DNA from: an uncultured Phycisphaerales bacterium
GTDB taxonomy: Bacteria; Planctomycetota; Phycisphaerae; Tepidisphaerales; Tepidisphaeraceae
Direction of reading: 5' to 3'
Length of the DNA stretch: 64,000 nt
Assembly (NCBI GenBank): GCA_963755915.1
Contig: CAVWLP010000002.1
Location: forward strand, 1 to 64,000
This document shows, piece by piece, positions 30,990-42,873 of this stretch (its first letter is position 1; each line of letters begins with the position of its first letter). The position numbers and the translations under genes are program-made. The notes under the pieces are model-generated. The model was not told where the DNA came from, searched no databases, and saw only the letters and a list, made by a program, of their open reading frames with translations.

Positions 30990-32153
30990 ATGGATCGCGT
31001 GCCGACCGGCGCTCACCAATTTTTGCCGGCGCGTATTCCGGTGATCTCGGGAGGGAATGCGCGTTTCGTCGACCAGAAAATGAAGAAGGCCCGTAAAAAA
31101 CCAGGCGATGTCGTGTCCTTCCACGAAGCGGTGGAGGCCGATCTCGCCGGCGCGAAGCCACAACCCAGGATTATATACGATCTAAAGGTGCTCGGCGACC
31201 GGGAGGGGGATCTTTGCCGACATTTTCGAATGGATTACACGGGTCTTTCCCTGTCGCAGTTCAATCCGTTGTATGCGATGCCACACGACCTTCTCAAGGA
31301 AATCGTCATCGGGTTGCCGGATTTGCTTTCGCCTGACGAATTGAAGTTCGAAAGAGCGCTGACGACGTTTGGAACGCGTCATCGTTGTCTTGGAATCGTG
31401 GATGACACGCTCATTCGCCATTCGATTCTGATGCCAACGCCGATGCCGAAGATCTCACGGGAGATGTTCGAAAAGCTCGGATGGAGTGCAGTGATGACGC
31501 TCGATCAGGCGAACTCGAGCCTGGATGTGGCCACTGAACGATTGGATCCGTTGCGTGAGCAGGCCCAAGGATATCTCGGCTGGCTCATGACCAACCCGCA
31601 ATTTCTAGCCGAGGTGAAAAGCCTTCGCATTCACCGGGATCGCCGCTGGGCAAGGCGTTCTTTTCAGCCGCAGCCTAGCGAGAAAAGAGAAGATAAAGTC
31701 CTCCGGAGTTTTCTCGATCGATGGAAACTGTCCGGTTTCAGTTCATGGGACCTGCCCATCCCGCAAGGTCCAAATTTTACCGGCATTCATCTTCCCGGAC
31801 ACGATGAACCGGGCGACGATTCCGTTCATCTTGATCTTCCGATCACGGCGCCATTGCATGCGCGTAATCCTGTCAGGCAAATCATCGAGGAGGCGCGCCA
31901 ACAAGCCACGCCCCCGCACCTGTCGCAATGGCTGAAAACGCTGCAGCGATCCGGCAACGGCAAGGGGCCGACCCACTACCAACGGACGCTGCAACTGCAT
32001 TTCTACCGCAATATCGTTTTCGGTTCGAGATACGCTGCCAGGTTGGCTCGCCGCGTAGAAAAAATGGATAAAGTCTTGGCGGAATTTATCGGTCTCGGCG
32101 TCGACGAAATCAAGAAGTTGCGACTTGCGATCGCCCACTGCCTTCGCGGGTGA
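30990..32153 (+). CDS. Hypothetical protein
   Basis: 387-aa uninterrupted ORF upstream of the integrase. Confidence 0.65.
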   Translation: MDRVPTGAHQFLPARIPVISGGNARFVDQKMKKARKKPGDVVSFHEAVEADLAGAKPQPRIIYDLKVLGDREGDLCRHFRMDYTGLSLSQFNPLYAMPHDLLKEIVIGLPDLLSPDELKFERALTTFGTRHRCLGIVDDTLIRHSILMPTPMPKISREMFEKLGWSAVMTLDQANSSLDVATERLDPLREQAQGYLGWLMTNPQFLAEVKSLRIHRDRRWARRSFQPQPSEKREDKVLRSFLDRWKLSGFSSWDLPIPQGPNFTGIHLPGHDEPGDDSVHLDLPITAPLHARNPVRQIIEEARQQATPPHLSQWLKTLQRSGNGKGPTHYQRTLQLHFYRNIVFGSRYAARLARRVEKMDKVLAEFIGLGVDEIKKLRLAIAHCLRG

Positions 32154-32289
32154 TTCTGATTCGGAGAGTCGGGGAAAGAAGGGGGCTTTCTGTTTACAAC
32201 ATTTCCCTATCGCGTCTTTCGCGCCCTGCTGAAAATTCGTTTCGACCGCGGGAATCTCCCGGAGCGGTCAAAGGATTGCAGGCGTCGAT

Positions 32290-33797
32290 ATGGACGGCGA
32301 AAAGATGACAACTATCGATTCGGCCGAGGCCGCCGGCGAAAGTCAATGTCTCCCATCGAGCGCACCTGACGAACGGCGACAACGACGTAGTTCAAGCCGG
32401 CGCATGGTCCGGTCGGAGCTGTTGGGTCATCATTCGCTAACGGCAAAGAATGGGGTTTCGGTCTCGATCTACCAGAGGGACGGCAGATATATTGTTCGTG
32501 GATTTTTAAACCGGCGTCGATTCGGCGAAACGCTCCCGAGCGATCCGCAAATGGCGGAAGCCCGATTAGTTGAGATCATTACCGAAATTGGCAACGGCAC
32601 CTATAGGCAACGATCAGAAGCGCGGAGGCTTCCGCTCAAGCGCGATGCGTCCGCACCGCGATCGTTTCGAGAGATTGCAAATGAATTTCTAGCGGAGAAG
32701 CGCCGGCTGCGTGGGAAGGTTACAGCCGATACCTATCGCGATCGCCTGGCCCGTCCCATCCAGTTTCTTGAGCTGCCGCACAACATTCGGCGCTGGCGCT
32801 GGCGCAGGAAATTGATCGAACGTGTGCAGTCGAAATGCGCGCATCGCTGCATCAGTGTCAGGTGTCACGCAACGGCCATCCGACTGCGGAACCTCGCCCG
32901 ATTTCAGGGCGGCAGGTCCATAACGATTTGTCCACTGTCGCTTCCGTTCTATCCTGGGCTTGCCGCATGGACGTCGCTCTGTTGCCGCCGGGATTTGCAA
33001 ATCCGTTCACCCGCGAAATTCTTGGCGACCGTGCTCGGCGAGATCCACTGGAACCGGTGAAGCTGCCGTTGGAGTTGCGGATTGAACTGGTTCGGGCGAT
33101 GGATCCATGGCAATTGTCGGTATTGTCATTCCCGCTGGTATTGCCCCAGCGGCCGGATGAATTTGAAGGTCTGCTGATAGACGATCTATTGATCGATCGC
33201 CGCGAACTGGTATTTGCGAGCCGATTCGGTGGAGCCGATTTCAACAAGGCCAGGCAGAGTTTCCGCGTGACATATCCGCCCGAATTTGATTCGCTGATCG
33301 CGCATTTGATTCGGGGTCGCGCTGCCGGTCCGGTCTTCTGCCAGCGCACGATTGCCGAAGGAAGGCGTCGCCCCAAGATGACGCCAGAATCAGCGCAGGA
33401 TCTCGTGAGATCCTTGGAACGGTCGGTAGCGAATTCTCCGGCGGGTGCAGTTGATGGGGAACAGGATCGTAAGCGCGTCTTTCGCCGATTGCTCAAGGAT
33501 TGCGGCGGTGTCGGAAAGGACGTTGTGGCGGCGGAATTCAGGAGGATACTGGCTGAGGTTCGTCCTGGCGTGCGGGCCCGCTTCTACGATCTCCGGAGTG
33601 CTACGATCACGGACATCAAGGACGCCAGCGTGGATTGGCTAATCCGCCGGTACGTCACCGGCAAGAGCCTGGGGCGAGATACTCTGGCAAATTACGAATG
33701 CCAAAACCTCGCGCACCATATGGCCAAATATTTTCAATCAATAAAACCGCTGCTGTCGTCGATCGAGGCGCGCGCGAAGGTACTGGGAATCCAATGA
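32290..33797 (+). CDS. Tyrosine recombinase/integrase-like protein (frameshift near 32800)
   Basis: SFREIANEFLAEK...TADTYRDRL core-binding region; QRPDEFEGL (Arg), FYDLRS, YVTGK and LANY (Tyr). Confidence 0.75.
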
Positions 33798-34427
33798 TCG
33801 GCGCCAACCATCATCGTCTGTTCCGCGGGACTGTCCCAGTCGCACCGCCCGGTTGGATATTACAATCGCTGCGGTCAAGGGAATCTCGGTTGAATTTGAC
33901 CGTTTCGGAATCAACCACGATACTCAGACCCCGCGAACAACGTTGGGTCAGGCTTGGAGTCGATGTTAGACAGCGACGCCGCCCATACCGACGATTGCAG
34001 TACGGCGCGTCGGGAAAATATCGGAGCGGAAAAATCTCTTGCCTTGAACAGGGGGATCGACATAGAGTTTATTCGATGTGGTCCACAGCGTCATCATTAT
34101 GCACCAGGGGCGGAACCCCAGAGAGGTGTTTCCGCAGTCGATGGAGGTGGTGCACGATTGGTGCACCGCTGGTGCACCACGCGAATGGACCGGCAAACGA
34201 ACGCGGGCGAGATCGAACCGATTGTATGGTTCGTAACCGTGATTCGTTTATTAGTTTACGCACTGGGCGGAGTCGGTCGGTTGGCGCGATGATGAGCTGA
34301 AGAGAGATCGGGGCCAGAGTCTCCCCCTCTCCGTTTTTCGCAAAGCGAAAAACAGAGCAGTGGAGCAGTAGATCAGTAGAAAAATAAGACATCCAAAGTC
34401 GCAAGCCCTCCACTGCGGTCTACTGCT

Positions 34428-34720
34428 CTACTGTTCTACTCTCTTCTTCTTCCCCAATTCGCATACCCGGTCCAGATATCCCAACAACTCCCCCGCCCGG
34501 ACCGCCCAGGTCTGCCGCTCGATATATTTCCGCCGCGCCGCAACGTCCACCGCGAACTCCCCGGCGAGAATCCTCCGAGCCAGCTTCACCGCCTCCCGTC
34601 CGTTTTCAGCGATATGAACATGCGGCAGATGCTCCCGCACTTCGCGGATTGCCGTGCTGATGATCGGCGCGGAGTCGTCAGATAATCATACAGCCGTAGC
34701 GGGCACCGGCGGTCAGCGTA
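34428..34720 (-). pseudogene. Glycosyltransferase (GT-B) C-terminal fragment
   Basis: CPLRLYDYL / PIISTAIREV...QTWAVRAGELL. Confidence 0.55.
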
Positions 34721-35160
34721 TCGAAACCACAATGCTACAGAGGATTCGCGAATCATTTGCCGTGATTGACGCTGACCTGACGGCGATCCGTGACGCGGTG
34801 GGCCCTGGCCCGCTTGCTTACAAAATAGGACCGATCTGAAGCGATGAGGATCGTGAAATCTCAGTTCGTGGCCGAGAGGATGAACGCTCCAGGTCAACGG
34901 ACCCGGACCGCCGAAAAAAAAAGGTCTTTCTATATAGTATCGCCGCCGATATGATATCGATCGTGACTAGCGGAGGAAAGTACAAAGGGTCTGGCTCAAT
35001 ATGAAAACTTTCAAGCTCAATCGATTGTTCAATGCAAAATCGAGACGATGTTTCGACGTACCTATGCTATTGCGAGTACGGCAGGCGACGGCGACCGCGT
35101 GCAGGTGAAGATTTGTGCGCGGCGAAACGCAGGGTTTCAACCAAGCGGATTTTTGTCGGT

Positions 35161-36416
35161 ATGCAATCGGATCGTCCCGAAGTTCTTATCATCGGCGGGG
35201 GGCTGGTGGGGGCGGCATCAGCATGGCAATTGTCTGCTCGGGCGCAAAAGTAACTGTCCTGGATAGAGGGGAAATCGGCCATGGGTGCTCTTACGGCAAT
35301 GCCGGGTGGGTAACACCCTGCTTCGCTATGCCTTTGCCCATGCCCGGTATGCTAATCAAGTGCATCAAGTGGATGCTCAATTCCCGCAGCCCGCTTTATA
35401 TCCAACCACGGGCGAGCCGATCCCTGGTGAGCTGGTTGTGGAAGTTTCTGAATGCAATGAACCGCAAACAGATGCTCGCTTCGGTCGATGCCCTCGTTGG
35501 GTTGTCGAAATTGAGCCTGGAGCTCTACCGTAAATTGGATGAACAGACGCCCGGCGCTTTTGGATTTAAGCAAACCGGCTTGCTGATGTTGGCGCAGGAC
35601 GACGCAAACATGGCTGCGGCTTTGGAAGAAATGGAACTGGTCTCGGCACGGGGCGTCAGGGGCCGCAGGCTCAGTGCAAATGAAGCGAGAGAGCTCGAGC
35701 CTTCTGTTCAGCAGGACTCGATTGTCGGCGGAGTTTTCTTTGCCGATGAAGCGCACGTCGAGCCTCTGGCAACGGTGAGGCATCTGATCGACCTGGCAAG
35801 CAAGGCCGGAGCGGCCATTCAGCCCAAAACCGAAGTGCTCGAATTCGTGCGGCACAATGGCAGCATTGAGTCTGTGGTCACCACGCGGGGGGAAATCAAG
35901 GTGGACAAAATTGTGTTGGCCGCAGGGGCGTGGTCGGGCCGGCTGGCGGCAAAGCTTAACCTGCCGATTCCAATCCTTTCGGGCAAGGGATATTCGGTCA
36001 TCCTTCCGCCCCTGAAAGTTTCTCCAAAGATTCCGATCTACATCCTCGATCGGAAGATCGCCATTACGCCGCGATCTGCTTCGCTGCGGATCGCGGGAAC
36101 ATTTGAGTTGGTGGATCTGAACGAATCAGTGACGATGTCGCGAGTGCAAACCATGTTGGACGGCGCAGGGACGATACTGGATATTCCTCGGCAAGTCTCG
36201 ATAAGCGAAATTTGGCGCGGTTTGCGGCCCTGCACGCCGGACGGTGTTCCCATCATTGATTGGGCACCGAATTGCTCCAACCTTTTCATCGCGGCGGGGC
36301 ATCAAATGCTGGGCTTGCAAACAGCCACTGGAACGGGCACTCTCGTTGCGGATCTGCTGAGCGGCGCCACGCCTTGCGTGAATCCCGAACCGTTTCGCAT
36401 CAGCCGATTTTGCTGA
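35161..36416 (+). CDS. D-amino acid dehydrogenase-family FAD oxidoreductase (frameshift near 35245)
   Basis: IIGGGLVG, SYGNAG, GKGYS, WRGLRPCTPDGVPII and AAGHQMLG. Confidence 0.88.
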
Positions 36417-36558
36417 TCCCCATTCCTGGTTTACAGACAGACTCCTCATCGAACAGAGCGATTCACGCAATGACTTCGCCCGGCGGAGTCGCCGTTGCGA
36501 TGGGCAGGGGCGTCTCACCTTCCTGTTTTGCCGGCACTGGCGTAGCTGTCTAGTTCAA

Positions 36559-37764
36559 CTATTCGCTGTAAACCGGAGAGCCAGCGCAAAAGGTGCGGGC
36601 GGGGGTGAGATCATCGTTCCAAACAACCAGGTCCGCGTCCGCGCCCTTGTGAATCGCGCCTTTTGTCGGCAAGCCCATAATCCTGGCGGGCGTGCCGCTC
36701 ACCATTCGCCATATCTGGTCTTCGGAAAAAGAGGATGATTTGAACCACTGAAGCAAGTTTCGGATTGCCTGATCCATGGTCAACGAACTACCGGCAAGGC
36801 ATTTGTAAAGAGGGTGCTTGGGGTCGTCGATGCGGGCCCCGTCACCTGGGCGGATGCGAACCGGGTATCCCCACGGTGTCGGGTACGTGCCTTCGGGCAT
36901 TCCGGCGCCGATGTTGGAGTCGGTAATTGCCGCGACACGGTCGACTCCTTTGTTGACCAGAGCCATCTCAACGGCGATGCGTGGAACGTGCGCTCCGTCG
37001 CAAATGAAATCGACTGACACGCGCGGATCGCAATAGATCGCTTCGAAGGCGCCGACTGGTCGCACCCCGGGTTCCTGCTCCGCCGGAAGCGGAAAGACGT
37101 TGTAGAAATGTGTCGCATGGCGCGCCCCCGCCTCGATAGCAGCTCGCGTCTGTTCCGCCGAGGCACGCGTATGAGTCATGAACACAGCAATATTGCGTTC
37201 CCGCAGATGCTCGATGACTGGCAGAATATTCGGTGTATCCGGGCTGATCGACACAATACCAACCCGGTCCTCCGCGGCGGCCAGCATTTCCTTGAGATAA
37301 CCCACGTCACCGTCTCGCGGAACGCAGGCAGCGCCAGGGAGCGCTACGAAAGGGCCTTCCAGATGCAATCCAGGAATATTGACCGAACCTGCAGCTTTCG
37401 GGATGGCGCTGGTTAATCGCTGCAGCAAGTCGAGAAACTCAGATGGCTGCGAAGGGATCAGCGTTGGGTATACACTTGTCACACCGTGCCGCGGAAGATT
37501 TCGCGCGATTGCCAAGAGATCCTCGGCACCATTGTTGTACATGTAGGCGTGTAATCCGTGGGTATGCATATCGATAAGGCCCGGTGTGACCAAACGACCA
37601 CCGGCGTCAATCTTCGTGCAGCCAATCGGGGGAAGCGAGGACCCCAAATCAATTCGAGTGATGCGGCCCCCTGAGATTAGCAACGATCCGAGTACGGCAG
37701 GCACGCCGGGGAGAAGCAGGCGAGCGTTTTCGATGTAGGTATCGGGTGCCGAGTTCATTACCAT
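36559..37764 (-). CDS. nagA: N-acetylglucosamine-6-phosphate deacetylase
   Basis: PGLIDMHTHG, GLHLEGPF, THFYN, DGAHV, ITD, LAGSSLTM and GADAD. Confidence 0.85.
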   Translation of the reverse strand: MVMNSAPDTYIENARLLLPGVPAVLGSLLISGGRITRIDLGSSLPPIGCTKIDAGGRLVTPGLIDMHTHGLHAYMYNNGAEDLLAIARNLPRHGVTSVYPTLIPSQPSEFLDLLQRLTSAIPKAAGSVNIPGLHLEGPFVALPGAACVPRDGDVGYLKEMLAAAEDRVGIVSISPDTPNILPVIEHLRERNIAVFMTHTRASAEQTRAAIEAGARHATHFYNVFPLPAEQEPGVRPVGAFEAIYCDPRVSVDFICDGAHVPRIAVEMALVNKGVDRVAAITDSNIGAGMPEGTYPTPWGYPVRIRPGDGARIDDPKHPLYKCLAGSSLTMDQAIRNLLQWFKSSSFSEDQIWRMVSGTPARIMGLPTKGAIHKGADADLVVWNDDLTPARTFCAGSPVYSE

Positions 37765-38034
37765 GGTTGGAATCCCACTCTTTACATTCAACGCGTCATC
37801 CATTACGAGCGAGCCGCAGAACATCTCGCAGCGCGCCAATTACTCAGAAGCCGTCGCGGCGTTGGCTTGTCCCGGTATAATCGGCAATATGCCAACCTTA
37901 GGCAAATCCTCCTCGTTTGACTTTATTCGGGAATTCTTCGCCCAGCGGCTGCCGAACGTAGCGAATCAGCGCGATCAGCCGATGCTCCGCCTGGTGATCT
38001 GCTCCCAAATCCTGATTATCTTCGAGCACTTCTT

Positions 38035-39123
38035 ATGCGTTTGATATTTGACTCTCATTTGGACTTATCGTGGAACGCGATGTCCTGGAATCGCGACCTG
38101 ACGCAATCGATCCAAACGGTCCGCCAGGTCGAATCCGAAATGACCGACGACGACTCGCGCGGCAACGCAACGGTCACGCTGCCCGAAATGCGCCGCGGGG
38201 GTGTGGCGCTATGCTGCGGTACCCTCCTTACCCGCGCAAAAAACGGCGTCAATTCCTGGAAAAAAATCGATCTCGATTTCCGGACGCAGGAAATCGCCTG
38301 CGCAACCGCACGGGGTCAATTGGCTTACTATCACCTCCTCGCCGAACGCGCAGAGATCGCCATGATCGCCAACCAGGACCAGTTGCGGTCGCATCTATCG
38401 CTCTGGCGTCGGGCTGGGGAACAAACACAATCACTGCCCATCGGGCTTATCCTCACAATGGAAGGAGCGGACCCAATTCTTTCCCCCAGTAAAGTCGGCA
38501 GTTGGTGGGACCTGGGAGTACGTGCGGTTGGCCTTGCACACTACGGCACGGGTCACTATGCCATCGGAACCGGCGAAAACGGCCCCCTGAGCCCCAGAGG
38601 TGTTGAATTGGTTAAAGAACTGAACCGCGTTGGAATGATTCTCGATGCGACGCACAGTTCCGACCTCAGCTTTTTCCAGGCGATGGATTTATTCCATGGC
38701 CACATCATGGCCAGCCATAACAATTGCCGCGCACTTGTACCCGGCGATCGACAGTATTCCGATGAACAGATAAAATTGCTGATCCAGCGCAATGCGGTCA
38801 TCGGCGTCGTGCTCGATGGGTGGATGCTGCAGCCCGGTTTCATACTCGGCAAATCACGCGGCGATGATATCCCGCTTTCAAGCGTTGCTGACCATATCGA
38901 TCACATCTGTCAGCTTGCTGGCAACGTTCGTCACGCCGCGTTGGGAAGCGACCTCGATGGGGGCTTTGGTGCAGAGGAAACGCCGGCTGGTGTGAACACC
39001 ATCGCTGACCTGCAAAAGCTCGACACAATTCTCGCTCAGCGAGGATACACACCCGCCGATATTGACAGTATTTTCCACGGCAACTGGTTACAGTTCTTTT
39101 TGCGTGCTCTGCCCAAAACGTGA
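38035..39123 (+). CDS. Membrane dipeptidase (peptidase M19)
   Basis: DSHLD, MEGAD, DATHSSD, ASHNNCRALV, HIDHI and GSDLDGG. Confidence 0.9.
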   Translation: MRLIFDSHLDLSWNAMSWNRDLTQSIQTVRQVESEMTDDDSRGNATVTLPEMRRGGVALCCGTLLTRAKNGVNSWKKIDLDFRTQEIACATARGQLAYYHLLAERAEIAMIANQDQLRSHLSLWRRAGEQTQSLPIGLILTMEGADPILSPSKVGSWWDLGVRAVGLAHYGTGHYAIGTGENGPLSPRGVELVKELNRVGMILDATHSSDLSFFQAMDLFHGHIMASHNNCRALVPGDRQYSDEQIKLLIQRNAVIGVVLDGWMLQPGFILGKSRGDDIPLSSVADHIDHICQLAGNVRHAALGSDLDGGFGAEETPAGVNTIADLQKLDTILAQRGYTPADIDSIFHGNWLQFFLRALPKT

Positions 39124-39267
39124 AAAATAATCAAGATTGAGGAGTGCTACATTCAGATCCAACAATTGGCCCACGAAGCTCCGCGGCTCAATCCAAACTG
39201 GGACCTCTGCCAGTACTCCGTTTCCAGATGCCATTCAAGCAACATTGTTTGTCGCTGTCTCGGGATT

Positions 39268-41453
39268 TCAGGGATTCGGCGCTGCGAGTTCGACGATTGT
39301 GTAGCGACCTATTCCCTGAAGTATCAACTGATCGGGATTGGCACGAGAAATCGGTCGCAAGCCGTCGAGTGTGTGGATGCTGAGGTGTCTGTTCCTCAAC
39401 AGAGGGCCAGTGAGCGTCACATCGAGAGGATCAACTGTATCGCTGACTTGGACCAGATGCAGCAGATCGGTCGAATCCGCCTGCCGATGGTGTTCGATGA
39501 TAACTTGAGATGGCGCATGTAAACGTACGGAGGACTCGCCATGTAACTGGTGAATGAACACGCCTAACGCCTGAGCTTGTTCTGGGGGGTGCCAATCATC
39601 GGGCTGGAAATAATTGTATGCCGCCGACTTGCTGCAGCGTGTTTGGATCAGCGGCCAGAAACCAACGCGGCCATTTCCGAGTTCGTTAATCGCCGGCTCG
39701 AGCGCGGCGAATGGGTCTTCATCTTCAAGCCAACTGTGCCAGATCTCTGCCGGATCAAGTTCACTCCATCGCCTCTGCCATGCGGGGATCCACGCAGCGA
39801 TGGGATTGGTTGCGCACGGCGAAAGTGCTCATTGTGGCTTGCTGTGCCTGACGTTACCAGCACATTTCCGCCGGCACGAACCCAGGATCCCAGCGTTGCA
39901 ATCTCTGCATCTGACAGACAAACGGCCTCCGGTACCAGCAGTGTTTTCACTTCTGCAATCGCCGCTGTGTCAAGCCGGTCGAACATCCGCCAGGGAATCT
40001 GCATCTGCACCAGCAGTTGCTCGCATGCCATCGCCGTCCACCAAGGTGAACGCGAATTCCACGCCAAACTGGGTTGATGACGAAGCAGTGCAATTTCGCC
40101 TGCTGGCCGAGTATTCTTGAACAGTTTCCAGTGATCCTTCACCCACAATGCGATCTTTTGCTTGATGGAAGCACCCACCGAATAGTGCGGCAGATGGCGG
40201 ATGGTGAAGCCCATGCACGCCAGATTGCCGCCATTTGCGGCAGCGCTAAGCGCCAGGCTTGCTTCGATTCGTCCGGGTTCACGCATCCAATGATAATTGC
40301 AGGTGGAGATTCCGTATTCGCGGGTGGTTTTGTAGGTGCCAACCCGAGAAATCAAACGGCCATGTTTGAAATCCAGGTCAAGCGGATCTTCGCTCCAGAC
40401 AGCATCCACCCACGGAAGCAATCGCTCCGCCCACTGGGTGAAAATTCGGTAGCTGTTGTAGGACGCACCCCACGCGGGATTGATGCTGACAGCGACATCA
40501 GGGCTAAGTTCATGGATGAACCTCCGCAAGTGCCTCACCAGGGCGAATTCACCATCCCAGCGGAAGCGGAACCAAGACTGAACGTCAGGTGAGCGGACCA
40601 GATCGCCAAGCGCTTGAAACGGGGCAAATCCTGGATCGCCAGCCTGCTGAAGCGGATCGAAACTCGGGAGTGCGATCGACTCAAAATTCACCGGGCCAAA
40701 AAGTTCCTTCTGCTGCTTTGCGTCGGGATAGGACTCCTGCAGCCACTGCCGGTATGCCTGTGTGCAACGGGGGCAGCGGCAAGTTACTGACGGGTAGAAT
40801 GAGAAGTGCATTCCGTCGATGTGAATGAGGTCCGCTCCCATCACGGTAACTGCGTGGCGAAACTCTGCCTCCAAATAACGCATCGCTGATGGATGCAGAT
40901 GGCAGATGCGCGACCGGAACGTCTGCTGCGACGAGTAATGACTGCGACGTCCCAGCTCGCCGACGGTGAGCCAGTCATCAACGTCGGGATACTCGCCGCG
41001 CAAAGTTTCAGGAATGGCGTTGTCGATCCGAAGATATAGCCCAACTCGAAGTCCGCGATCGTGGGCACGTCGAATGATGTCCGCAAATTTGTCGATTCCC
41101 TCCTGGATTGCGGCGCGTCCATACCCTTTGGTGTGAGGGAGAATCAAGTGGTTGCAGCCAAGGGCGGCAATTCGATTCAGGACGTCGTTGGAGAATTCTT
41201 GGTCGTAAGCCTCGGTTTCGTCCGCCCATGCCAGACCGGCCCGGCGGCGAAATGCGAGATCCTCCCATGCGCCAACAAAGATTGAGGGTTCCGCGGCAAA
41301 CCAGGCAGCACGCGGTGGTGGGCCACCCAAAGGATAGGCGTGCCGCCAGCAGTCGAATGCGTGCTTTGGCTGTGGAAGCGTCATCCCGATTCCAACTGGC
41401 TTGGGCACGGGAGGACCTTGATCATTGCCGATTTCTTTGAAAACATAGCGCAT
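39268..41453 (-). CDS. Glycoside-hydrolase-like TIM barrel with class-I GATase-like C-terminal domain (frameshift near 39750)
   Basis: AHDRGLRVGLY, GADLIHIDG and LLVPEAVCLSDAEIATLGSWVRAGG. Confidence 0.6.
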
Positions 41454-41558
41454 TGCACTCTATAACGGATATAATAACCCAAATAGGATATAGTTCAATA
41501 TTTCGTTGACAGGGATTCTCGATCGGGTAAATTATCCCAAGTAAGGCATAATATAGGC

Positions 41559-42641
41559 ATGAGTGATGTAGATCTGAAAATGTCCATCGACCATCGAAGC
41601 GCGGTTCCACTCTACGAGCAGATCTGTCAGCAGATCCGCGAGAAAATTGAGAGTCGCCAACTGATTCCTGGAGCGCCGCTGCCCACGACGCATCAGTTGC
41701 GGGAGCAATTACTGATAAATGCAAAGACCGCACAGCAGGCGATGACGACTTTGGCGCGCGAGGGGTATGTCATACGGCAGGCTCGGCGGGGCACGACTGT
41801 GAGGGGCATCCCGCGCCGCGGCGTGGTGGGAATCTACACCCACCTCGATTTATTGAGCCAGGACGGCATTCATGAGTACTACCGCCTGATCACGGGGTAT
41901 CTCGGCCAGCAGCTTGATGAAAAATCGCGCGTACATCGGCTCTATCTCGGCAGCTTGAAGCCCGGCGTGAATGCCGCATGTGAAGACCTGCTGCAGCATT
42001 TGTCTAGTGGATCGCTCTGTGGTGTCGTACTTGTGAACTCGCCGCCGCATTTGGATGAGCTGGTTCGCGTGGGAAAACAGATGCGCATTCCTGTGGTGGC
42101 GCTCTCGGGCTCGGGCGAAGTGGGTTATTCGGCTCGCGTTGATCACTTAGGTTACGTTCGCGTTGCAGCCAAGTTTCTGCTGCAGCGGGGGTGCCAAAGG
42201 ATAGGTGTGATCTACAACCGGTTCAGTCTTGCGTTTCAGGAGCCGGGTATTGCGCAAAGCATCCTCAATCAGGCCGGATATCTAACCAAGCCGGACTGGG
42301 TTCTGGGTTGGTCTGGAACGCAACAAGGCGGCTACGAAGCGGCGCAACGCATGCCGCTCGCCGAATTGGATGGGTTAATTGTCGAGGACGACGTTATGGC
42401 AATTGGTGTCGATCGCTTTTTGGCAGAATCAAAGATCCACGTGCCGCATGACTTGCGTGTGACCACATTCTGGAACCGGGGCAGCCGCCTTCGGCTGAAC
42501 CAGCCTTTTACACGCTTCGAGATAGATACGGCCAAGCAGGCCCGTCTGGGCTTGGAGCTCGTGCAGGACGTGATCAGGGGAAAGAGAATTGCCGAGCCTC
42601 ATATCAAGATTGCAGTGGAACATTCGGCGATGAATGACTAG
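41559..42641 (+). CDS. GntR-family regulator with LacI-type ligand-binding domain
   Basis: PLYEQI...PGAPLPT...L.REGYV...RRGTTV followed by a periplasmic-binding-like domain (DDVMAIG, VPHDL). Confidence 0.88.
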   Translation: MSDVDLKMSIDHRSAVPLYEQICQQIREKIESRQLIPGAPLPTTHQLREQLLINAKTAQQAMTTLAREGYVIRQARRGTTVRGIPRRGVVGIYTHLDLLSQDGIHEYYRLITGYLGQQLDEKSRVHRLYLGSLKPGVNAACEDLLQHLSSGSLCGVVLVNSPPHLDELVRVGKQMRIPVVALSGSGEVGYSARVDHLGYVRVAAKFLLQRGCQRIGVIYNRFSLAFQEPGIAQSILNQAGYLTKPDWVLGWSGTQQGGYEAAQRMPLAELDGLIVEDDVMAIGVDRFLAESKIHVPHDLRVTTFWNRGSRLRLNQPFTRFEIDTAKQARLGLELVQDVIRGKRIAEPHIKIAVEHSAMND

Positions 42642-42873
42642 CGCTTCCGGCCATAAAGCTTTGAAAGGATGGTGCAGAGTGAAAATGCGAATGTTATCAG
42701 CGTATTTGGGCGCGCCCGTTGTCCTGTGTGTGCCTGCATTCGGCGATTGTTTCACTACCAAAGCCACTATTCGGCTGGAAAAGAATTTCACGCTGGGGCC
42801 CAGCCATGGCGGCAAGCGAAATCGCGTGTGCGATCTTGCGCATCGCTAATTCTCTTGAACCCGGAAGGACAAC

